From Candidatus Krumholzibacteriota bacterium (GTDB taxonomy: Bacteria; Krumholzibacteriota; Krumholzibacteriia; LZORAL124-64-63), in the NCBI GenBank assembly GCA_039714075.1, contig JBDLKA010000114.1, positions 1-11,011 on the forward strand: 11,011 bases of DNA, in the 5' to 3' direction. This document shows, one piece after another, positions 1 to 10,720 of this stretch; the stretch's first letter is position 1, and every line of letters begins with the position of its first letter. A program made the position numbers and the translations under genes. The notes under the pieces were generated by a model, which saw only the letters and a list, made by a program, of their open reading frames with translations, did not search any database and was not told the origin of the DNA.

Positions 1-222
1 CTCGTACAGATGCAGGCTGGTATTTTCATTGGCCACGGCGAAATAATCCCGGCCCCACAGGGAGTACCCCACAACCGCATTGGACCGGCCGTCCAGATAC
101 TCGGTGCGATCAAGGTGAGGGAAATCGGAATAATTCACCGGAACCGGAGGAACAGCGCGTGTCCCCGTGGCGAAGGACGAAAGAATCAAGATACCGATTA
201 ATCCATTGAGACAAGCCCGCAT
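1..222 (-). CDS. 5' part (74 codons, runs off the window) of a secreted protein paralogous to the adjacent LVIVD-repeat/FlgD-CTD protein
   Basis: Manual translation from ATG at 222: MRACLNGLIGILILSSFATGTRA-VPPVPVNYSDFPHLDRTEYLDGRSNAVVGYSLWGRDYFAVANENTSLHLYE, open to the window edge. It is preceded by an SD-like GGAGAGGTGA and begins with a 23-aa signal-peptide-like segment. The next 51 aa align without gaps to the neighbouring protein at 29/51 identities (hand count). Not in the ORF track because its stop is outside the window. Confidence 0.93.
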   Translation of the reverse strand, partial: MRACLNGLIGILILSSFATGTRAVPPVPVNYSDFPHLDRTEYLDGRSNAVVGYSLWGRDYFAVANENTSLHLYE

Positions 223-276
223 GATATCACCTCTCCGGATTTATTCCTGAAATATGGTCTTCAGATAGACAACCCT

Positions 277-306
277 ATTGTATAGTAATTTTGTCTTGTT
301 TAGCAA
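277..306 (-). promoter_or_regulatory. Putative sigma70-type promoter TTGCTA-N18-TACAAT for the left-edge paralogue
   Basis: -35 TTGCTA (301-306) and -10 TACAAT (277-282) on the minus strand in an AT-rich gap. Matches the promoter at 2635-2663 in sequence and in distance to the ATG. Confidence 0.55.
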
Positions 307-318
307 GAGGAAACAATT

Positions 319-2577
319 TCAGCGTGCCAGGACGATTTTCCTGGCCGCGGTTCCTTCCGCCGTGGAAATCCGGGCCAGATAGACCCCCGATGGCAGACTG
401 CGGCCCTGCCGGTCGACCCCGTCCCAGGTCACGCTGTGGGGACCGGCCTGGCGGACATCTTCACCCAGGTCTGCGACCCGCCGGCCACGCAAGTCGAATA
501 TTTCCAGCCGCGCAAGGGAGTCAGCCGCCAGATCGAACCTGAAGGTGACCCGGGGATTGAAGGGATTGGGGACGGCTTCCAGGGCCAATCCCGATTCCTT
601 GACCGGGACGTCTTCTCCAACAGAGGATATATCCCCGGTACCCAGATGGGCCGCCATGTAGTGGACTTCCGCCCCGGTGGCACCAGGCGGCCACGCACTC
701 GTGACGATGTATTCCCGACTCACGAAAATGTCCAAATGTTGGCTGACCGAAGGGCTGGGCAGGGAGAAATTCCCGACGGGATCCGGATGTGCCGGATCGG
801 ACAGGTCCAGGATCATGCCGGTATACTCCTGATAGGCCCAGTTCCCCTCGAAGGTCAGGAAGCCGTGCCTCGGCGTATACAACACATCAACGGAAACGGG
901 GTTCAGAATATCGGAGATATCCCAGGTCTGGAGGAGTTCATCACTATACATGCTGGCCGAGGACCCACTGTGCGTCGAATACAACCAGGAATCCCTCACG
1001 TAAATCCTGTTGCTGAACACCCCCAGATTATGGACCGCAAGAGACACAAGGGCAGTACGGTCGGCGGCATCGAACACTTCCACCCTGAAATGACTGGCGG
1101 CAAAAACCAGGGATCCCGACGTCATGACCTGGGCGGCATAACCCATGGTCAGGGGATAAAGCCCTATCTGGGCCGGATTATAGGGATCCGAAACGTCAAC
1201 GACACGGATGTTGTAAGACAACTCCCCCGCGCCCGTATCCATGATCACCAGGGTGTCGTCGTCAAGAAAGGAGAGCACCCGATCACTTTGCGGGAGATAG
1301 ATATCCGCCAAAGCCACGGCCCCCTGCAGAACCGCCCCGTGGCGGGATACCGAAGCCAGCCGTAGAATCCCGCTGTTCGTGATGACCGCCACCGTGGACC
1401 CGCGTCTGGCTTTCCCGTACATGTACTCTCCCGGCAAATCCATGTCCAGGCTCCACAGAAACCCTCCGGTACCACCGATTTCCGCGGCCACCAGCGTTGC
1501 AGGCAATGAAAGAACGGTCTGACCCCACAGGACGTCCTCCTCCAGGAAGCCCTGAATATGCATCGCATCACCCATGTGAAAAACGCCGGCCGATTCTGGA
1601 TGGTCGTGGAGGCCGTCGTTGAAGATTTCCAGTCGATCATCCGCGACGGTCATGATCTTGCCTGCGATGCTGGCCGCGTCAACGACATCGCCCACCTGTT
1701 TGGTCTCCCGCAACACCGTGCCCGAGGCGAAATCCAGGATGCCGAGATAATGGTCCGCCGCGACGAGAACCTCGTCTCCCTCGATCTCCAACCTGCTGTG
1801 GTAGAGATAATAGGGCCCATTGAGATCCATGGTGTCCGTGGCGGCGATGGCGCCGGGTACTGTGATGTCCAGTCTTTCCACATCTCTCGGGTTGACCACG
1901 TAGGCCAGGTCGCCCCTTATCACGGCGTCGTGGTAGGGGGCCCCGTCGTCGTGGGTCCCCAGAAGCACCGGAATCGCAGGCGTCGAGACGTCCAGGATTT
2001 CGAACCGGCCGTCATTGATGACGCCCAGCCGCGACCCGGCCAGGCTGACGGCTTCCACATCCGTCCCATAGCTGCCTACTTGGTACATGGTTCCGGGTGC
2101 GGTGAGGTCGACCACCGCCAACCCGCCGGTCCCGCAGGCGACGTAGGCATGGGTGGCCGAAGCCGCGACCCTGGTCGCGGTGCCCGGCAGGACAATGGTG
2201 TCCGTTTCGATGGGGGCGGAAGGCACGGCGACGGACAACCTCGAAAGCCCCTGGGATCCGGTGGCCACGTAGGCGGTCCAGTCGACGATGGCCACATCCC
2301 GTTCGCTGCCAAGGGCGGACTCCACGCCCACGTGCACGGCTTCGCCGCCGACGATCTGATAGAAGTTCAGACCGGTTATCTCGTTGCAAACGGCGAAGTA
2401 GTCGTCACCCCAGAGGGAAAACGCCTCCACGGCATAGGTTTTTTCCGGGAAATATTCGATCCGGTCCAGATGGGGATAGCCGCTGTAGTCGCCGGGTACG
2501 GCGGGGACGCCGAAGGACACAGCCGCGAAGAAAGAGAGAATCGAAATAAACGGTATGATCAAGCGTTTGGGTCGCAT
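319..2577 (-). CDS. Secreted LVIVD-repeat (probable beta-propeller) protein with C-terminal FlgD Ig-like / T9SS type-A-like sorting domain, 752 aa
   Basis: Signal-peptide-like MRPKRLIIPFISILSFFAAVSFG. Repeated LVIVD-type motifs: LAVVDLTAP, FEILDVSTPAIP, IRVVDVSDPYNP, LQTWDISDILNP, ILDLSDPAHP. C-terminal PNPFNP...LEIFDLRGRRV...WDG...LPSGVYLARI...RKIVLAR at about 319-585. Start placed at ATG 2577 rather than GTG 2586 because GGGAG lies at SD distance and the leader is then 23 aa, as in the paralogue. Confidence 0.88.
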   Translation of the reverse strand: MRPKRLIIPFISILSFFAAVSFGVPAVPGDYSGYPHLDRIEYFPEKTYAVEAFSLWGDDYFAVCNEITGLNFYQIVGGEAVHVGVESALGSERDVAIVDWTAYVATGSQGLSRLSVAVPSAPIETDTIVLPGTATRVAASATHAYVACGTGGLAVVDLTAPGTMYQVGSYGTDVEAVSLAGSRLGVINDGRFEILDVSTPAIPVLLGTHDDGAPYHDAVIRGDLAYVVNPRDVERLDITVPGAIAATDTMDLNGPYYLYHSRLEIEGDEVLVAADHYLGILDFASGTVLRETKQVGDVVDAASIAGKIMTVADDRLEIFNDGLHDHPESAGVFHMGDAMHIQGFLEEDVLWGQTVLSLPATLVAAEIGGTGGFLWSLDMDLPGEYMYGKARRGSTVAVITNSGILRLASVSRHGAVLQGAVALADIYLPQSDRVLSFLDDDTLVIMDTGAGELSYNIRVVDVSDPYNPAQIGLYPLTMGYAAQVMTSGSLVFAASHFRVEVFDAADRTALVSLAVHNLGVFSNRIYVRDSWLYSTHSGSSASMYSDELLQTWDISDILNPVSVDVLYTPRHGFLTFEGNWAYQEYTGMILDLSDPAHPDPVGNFSLPSPSVSQHLDIFVSREYIVTSAWPPGATGAEVHYMAAHLGTGDISSVGEDVPVKESGLALEAVPNPFNPRVTFRFDLAADSLARLEIFDLRGRRVADLGEDVRQAGPHSVTWDGVDRQGRSLPSGVYLARISTAEGTAARKIVLAR

Positions 2578-2634
2578 GATATCCACTCCCGATGGCAGGA
2601 TCCATATATACGGTCAGGAATTCGTGTTGATTTT

Positions 2635-2663
2635 ATCATATAGTATTTTTGTATTCTTTTCAA
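2635..2663 (-). promoter_or_regulatory. Putative sigma70-type promoter TTGAAA-N17-TATGAT for the LVIVD/FlgD-CTD gene
   Basis: -35 TTGAAA (2658-2663, 5/6 to TTGACA), 17-bp spacer, -10 TATGAT (2635-2640, 5/6 to TATAAT), 58 bp upstream of the ATG. Confidence 0.65.
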
Positions 2664-2814
2664 GGGACCGGGCCGCAGCCGATCGCCCAACCAAAAAATT
2701 GGTTGTGGCTCATAAAATGTGGCTGGACGGCAATCGCGTCACCGCAATTCCACCGGTGGGGTCAATGACAGGTTGGAGGGTCCGGGCCGGGCCCTTGATT
2801 ATTAACTTGTTTTA

Positions 2815-2827
2815 AATCAACAGGTTG
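2815..2827 (+). promoter_or_regulatory. IHF-consensus site (AATCAAcaggTTG)
   Basis: Exact match to the E. coli IHF core consensus WATCAANNNNTTR with an AT-rich tract on its 5' side. A one-mismatch match (TACCAAtgcgTTA) lies at 2876-2888. Confidence 0.4.
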
Positions 2828-2832
2828 GTTTT

Positions 2833-2858
2833 AAAAAGTGTCCCCGGGGACACTTTTT
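2833..2858. terminator. Perfect 26-bp palindrome, probable bidirectional intrinsic terminator
   Basis: AAAAAGTGTCCCC|GGGGACACTTTTT gives a GC-rich stem followed by a U-run on either strand. It lies about 95 bp downstream of the stop of the glycosyltransferase pair. Confidence 0.65.
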
Positions 2859-2905
2859 TGAGCTATTTTGTTTGTTACCAATGCGTTAAGATTTCGAATC
2901 TGCCG

Positions 2906-2937
2906 TTGTGACGCTATTGACAACATATATATTGTCA
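2906..2937. promoter_or_regulatory. Two overlapping operator-like dyads
   Basis: TTGTGAcgctatTGACAA (2906-2923; Rex/CRP-box-like) overlaps TGACAAcATATATaTTGTCA (2918-2937; 9 of 10 symmetric pairs). Confidence 0.4.
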
Positions 2938-2953
2938 CATCCAAAGCCGCCGT

Positions 2954-4597
2954 TCACCGTCTCCAGTCAGCTTCGCATTTCCGGATGTCGGATTCCGTCA
3001 GCGGCACCGGGCGGACCTGGATCGACACACCCTTCCCCGGGTCCAAATTCACGTTGGGCGCGAAACAGTTGACGTATTCCGGCGGCGGGCGCCGGTCGTG
3101 GGCCATCCTGCGGGTGGCCTGTTCCTTGAGGGGCGACCGCGCGACCACGTAGTCGTTCAAACCGAAAAGATCGATGAAATTCACGTTCGGCAGCACCCAG
3201 GCCAGCCCCCCGATCCCGCCCCAGAAGGCCATGACGGGATATCCCGCATCATCCAGTTGAAGACCTTCGGACCTGGCGGGCAGGGTTTTTTTCATCCAGA
3301 CCTCGTTCGCGATTCTGTGCTCCTGGTGCCGGCTGCAAACGTAGTGGCCGATGAGCCAGTCCTGCAGATCGTCGAAAGCTCCAACATAGGGCCGGAAAGG
3401 GGCGGGGAATCGGGCGGCGACCGGCACTCGCATCTGATGGGTCTGTTTCCGTGTGCTCAGATGCCGGGTGGCGTCGAAGTGGACCCAGGGAATGACGCCG
3501 GACAGAACGATGAACCCGACCAGCAGGGCGGCCGCCGCCGGCAGACGGAAACGCACCGTTTTCAGGGCCCAGGCAAAAGTCAGCAGCAGCGGCGCCGTCA
3601 GGTGGCTGTAGACCCGGTATTCGAAATGGTCGCCTCCGACGACGAACGTGTAATACCCGAGATGGGCCAGAACGGCGCCCACCGCTCCCAGGGTCACCAG
3701 GCGGTCGGGCGTACCGAGTGAACCCATGTTCGTCTTTGATGTTCGCCACCACTTGATGCCGCCCCACACCAGCACCACGGCCCAGATCCACAGGGCGTGT
3801 TCGAGGACAAAGGAGGCCAGGTAGCGGATGCCGCTGGCCGGCCAGGGCCCGGCCATCTTGGCGTAATAGGTGTTCGGCAGCCAGGCGCCGTAGAAAACCC
3901 GCCGCCATACGAGATGGGCCGCGACCAGCAACAAGGGCGATAATCCCAGGAGCATCCGGCCCCGCCGCACTGGTCGGTCCCCCATCCCGGCCACCACGAC
4001 CAGAACCACCGTGACCGCGCAGAACAGCAGCCCGTCCGGCCGGGTCAGGGCGATCAAAACAGCCGTGCCGGAAACGGCGTAGGCCCACCACCGCCTGTCG
4101 CGCGCCTGGAACGTGAAAAACAACCACAGCAGAACGAGGAAATTGAAGAGGGCGGTTTCCAGGCCGGAACTGGCCCAGGTCAGAAAGGACCTGTTGGTGA
4201 TCATCCCGACCTGAAGCAGGGTGATGATCCAGATCCGAGCCCGGCGCCACTGGTCCGGCCAGTCCAGGCGCCAGGCCATGACGGTTGCCAGGATCAATGT
4301 CATCAGGGCGAAGAAGAAGGAGATCCAGTTGGCGGCGACCGGCGGCTCGATACCGAAGGCCCTCCAGGCTCCATCCAGGATGACGATCCACAGGAAACTG
4401 GTGTACCCCTCCACCGGCAGAAAGGGCGGGGCGTTCCAGACATAGCCGTGTCCCAAAACGCTGTTGCTGACGTACCGGAAGGCGATGTAGGCGTCGTCGG
4501 TCAGGAACCACATCAGGCGCCAGCCGAAATACAGGCCGATCCCGGCCAGCAGGGTTATCAGACCCAGCGCATATTTGTTTTTCCCTTGGTCAAACAA
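2954..4597 (-). CDS. Polytopic membrane glycosyltransferase, GT-C fold, AftB (arabinofuranosyltransferase)-like, 547 aa
   Basis: Many hydrophobic helices. TDDAYIAFRY acidic motif after the first TM helix, then GHGYVWN...VEGYTSFLW, SGLET, LTRPDG, PNTYYAK, GGDHFEYR, and a soluble C-terminal domain with IDLFGLNDYVVAR...AH. TTG start at 4597 with GAGG 7 nt upstream. The sugar donor cannot be determined. Confidence 0.8.
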   Translation of the reverse strand: MFDQGKNKYALGLITLLAGIGLYFGWRLMWFLTDDAYIAFRYVSNSVLGHGYVWNAPPFLPVEGYTSFLWIVILDGAWRAFGIEPPVAANWISFFFALMTLILATVMAWRLDWPDQWRRARIWIITLLQVGMITNRSFLTWASSGLETALFNFLVLLWLFFTFQARDRRWWAYAVSGTAVLIALTRPDGLLFCAVTVVLVVVAGMGDRPVRRGRMLLGLSPLLLVAAHLVWRRVFYGAWLPNTYYAKMAGPWPASGIRYLASFVLEHALWIWAVVLVWGGIKWWRTSKTNMGSLGTPDRLVTLGAVGAVLAHLGYYTFVVGGDHFEYRVYSHLTAPLLLTFAWALKTVRFRLPAAAALLVGFIVLSGVIPWVHFDATRHLSTRKQTHQMRVPVAARFPAPFRPYVGAFDDLQDWLIGHYVCSRHQEHRIANEVWMKKTLPARSEGLQLDDAGYPVMAFWGGIGGLAWVLPNVNFIDLFGLNDYVVARSPLKEQATRRMAHDRRPPPEYVNCFAPNVNLDPGKGVSIQVRPVPLTESDIRKCEADWRR

Positions 4598-4606
4598 ACA
4601 AATGCC

Positions 4607-6259
4607 TCACGGTCTTTCCGCCTGAGGGGTGGACGCGTCCTCTGCCATGCGGCGGCATCTTTCCCGATTGCGGATGGCTTCGCCGTAGTCGGGTTTCAGG
4701 ATAACGGCGGTGTCGAAATGGGCAAGCGCCGCCTCGAATTGCCCCATTCTGGCCAGGGATATGCCCAGGAAATTCCGGGGTCCCGGCGCCCACGGGTCCA
4801 GGGCCACCGATTTCTCCAGGTTCGCCACGGCAGCTGGCCAATCATCCCCGCGATAATGATTGTACCCCACCCCGAAGTACATTTCCGGAGCCAGATCGAC
4901 GGTTTCCTGCGCAAACGGACCGGGCAGGGCGATGGCCAGGACCCAGAACACCAGCAAAAGCGAAGTCCCGATCACGGTCTTGCCGCCGGCCGGCCGTGCC
5001 CCCCGGGTGATCGACATCAATCCCTGTCCGGCCAGAACGGCCGCCAGGGGAATGAGCGGGGCCCGGTACCGCGCCGAGATGAACACCAGCACCAGGGAAG
5101 CACCGAACATCCCCAGCAGGATCAGGAAGGGCAGGGGGATCTTCCGGAAGGAGCCCACCAGGCCGACGACGGCCAGGGGAAAGACCAGTCCCCAGGGAAA
5201 ACCCCAGGCCCCCAGCTTGAAGACCAGAACACCGAGCAGGGGCGACCACTGCCGGTGCAAATAGATGTCCAGCGTACGGGGCAACTCCCGCGAAGAAACC
5301 AGCTGGAGGGCTTTATCCCCCCACAGAACCAGTTGGCCGCCGGGATTTTCCCTGGCGAAGGCCAGCACCTTGTCGACGAAATACGGTTGCCCGCTCCAGG
5401 GATCGGACGCGTAACCGTTCCGGCTCGGCTCGTCCAGGAGTTCTTCCCACGGAAAACCGGGACGGATGTTGATCGTGTTGTCGAAGTCCCCGTTGTTCCC
5501 GATGAAGAGGTTGATGCCCCCGGACGGCGGCACGATTCCCGGGTGCCCCGTCCTGGCTTCGAGGACCAGGCCTGTCGGACCCAGAACAAGAAGGACTCCC
5601 GCAAGGGCCGCGCCGACAATCGCAGCGCCGCGTTTCAGGGACAGGCCCCGCCGCCGGACAACCCAGGCCAGCCAAACGAGGACCACGATCACGATCGGAA
5701 CGAAGGTGGGCCGGGTCAGGATGGCGACCGCGCCCGTCAGGCCCACCAGGAAACCGGTCCGGGGCGCGGGGTTCCGGTCGGCACGGACCAGGAGCAGGGC
5801 CAGGGCCACGGTCAAAAAAGCGGTCCAGCCGGTGGCCAGCAGCCGGGTATCGAAAAAGATCAAGGGACCGGAGAGAGCACAGATCAGACCGGCGGCCAGG
5901 GCCGGGCGCCGGCCGAACATCTGCAACGCCAGACGGTGGGTCAGATAGCAGGTAGCCCCACCCAGCAGAACCTGGACTATGACAGCGGCATTAACCGACA
6001 CCCCGAAGACCGCGTAGACACCCGCCAGGAAGAAGGGATAGAAAACCGCCTGCCACAGGAACTGCTCGCTGAACACCCCGTCCCGGGCCAGCCCCGAGGC
6101 CAGATCGTGATAGGTCCGCGAGTCGACCAGCGGCTGCATGAAGGAAGGGTCGTCGGCGCTGTCGACCAGGTAGGCCAGACGGACGGCCACGGCGAGGGCG
6201 GCCAGCACCACCCCCACGAGTTGCTGATTGTCCCACCACCGGTTGGATCTATCATGCAT
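4607..6259 (-). CDS. ArnT/PMT-like (GT39/GT83-type) membrane glycosyltransferase with C-terminal TPR repeats
   Basis: DSRTYHDLA after TM1, then FYPFFLAGVYAVFG, VQVLLG, ILTRP, GGINLFIGNN and FISARYRAPL. Two 34-aa TPR-like units at 4685-4888 plus a capping helix. The start is uncertain: ATG 6259 (550 aa) or TTG 6286 (559 aa); neither has a clean SD. Confidence 0.82.
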   Translation of the reverse strand: MHDRSNRWWDNQQLVGVVLAALAVAVRLAYLVDSADDPSFMQPLVDSRTYHDLASGLARDGVFSEQFLWQAVFYPFFLAGVYAVFGVSVNAAVIVQVLLGGATCYLTHRLALQMFGRRPALAAGLICALSGPLIFFDTRLLATGWTAFLTVALALLLVRADRNPAPRTGFLVGLTGAVAILTRPTFVPIVIVVLVWLAWVVRRRGLSLKRGAAIVGAALAGVLLVLGPTGLVLEARTGHPGIVPPSGGINLFIGNNGDFDNTINIRPGFPWEELLDEPSRNGYASDPWSGQPYFVDKVLAFARENPGGQLVLWGDKALQLVSSRELPRTLDIYLHRQWSPLLGVLVFKLGAWGFPWGLVFPLAVVGLVGSFRKIPLPFLILLGMFGASLVLVFISARYRAPLIPLAAVLAGQGLMSITRGARPAGGKTVIGTSLLLVFWVLAIALPGPFAQETVDLAPEMYFGVGYNHYRGDDWPAAVANLEKSVALDPWAPGPRNFLGISLARMGQFEAALAHFDTAVILKPDYGEAIRNRERCRRMAEDASTPQAERP

Positions 6260-6363
6260 TGGATTCAAGCCGGACTTCCATTCCAACCACCCCGAATAAA
6301 CCGCCTGCTGAAGGCTTTCGGCAACCTGTCATTCCCCAGAATTGTAGCTTACCCCCAGGCTTT

Positions 6364-6492
6364 GGGGAACAGGACGTTCGGCAAACAGCCTTCGTGGATA
6401 AAGAGAATCCGGGTAATCCGCAGCCCCGCCCGAAGGGCGGAGCGAGGACATCCCGGATTCTCTTTATCCACGAAGGCTGTTTGCCGAACGCC

Positions 6493-6501
<9 letters not shown>
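6364..6501. repeat. 138-bp long inverted repeat (MITE/REPIN-like hairpin) overlapping the rpoC stop codon
   Basis: 50-bp arms at 6364-6413 and 6452-6501 match at 48/50, with a perfect 39-bp core (6375-6413 vs 6452-6490). The 38-bp spacer holds an inner stem CCGCCC-GAA-GGGCGG. The repeat is certain; mobile origin is inferred. Confidence 0.9.
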
Positions 6502-10668
<4,167 letters not shown>

Positions 10669-10674
10669 TTATTA

Positions 10675-10681
10675 TCCTCCT
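10675..10681 (-). promoter_or_regulatory. Shine-Dalgarno sequence of rpoC (AGGAGGA)
   Basis: AGGAGGA lies 6 nt upstream of the ATG at 10668. Confidence 0.85.
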
Positions 10682-10720
10682 GGGGGCACCGCCCGCGGCG
10701 GGTCCACCGGATCAGGGTGT

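Noticed and set aside
10..201. 63-aa plus-strand ORF
   Set aside because: Antisense to the minus-strand paralogue at 1-222, which has homology, SD and signal-peptide support.
2578..2586. GTG start at 2586 given by the ORF track
   Set aside because: It overlaps the SD-like GGGAG. ATG 2577 has proper spacing and matches the paralogue's start context.
2700..2745. Sigma54 promoter suggested by the nearby IHF-like sites
   Set aside because: The best candidate, TGGCTCataaaATGT, lacks the GC at -12; I found no convincing GG-N10-GC match.
2917..2945. Perfect plus-strand TTGACA as an antisense promoter
   Set aside because: No acceptable -10 hexamer at 16-18 bp spacing (TCCAAA at 17).
2555..3152. 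Short plus-strand ORFs (86 and 94 aa) across the intergenic region
   Set aside because: No SD or motifs, and both overlap better-supported minus-strand genes and regulatory signals.
6311..6334. Possible third degenerate copy of the hairpin arm (TTCGGCAA core)
   Set aside because: Only an 8-bp exact core with scattered flanking matches; not distinguishable from chance.
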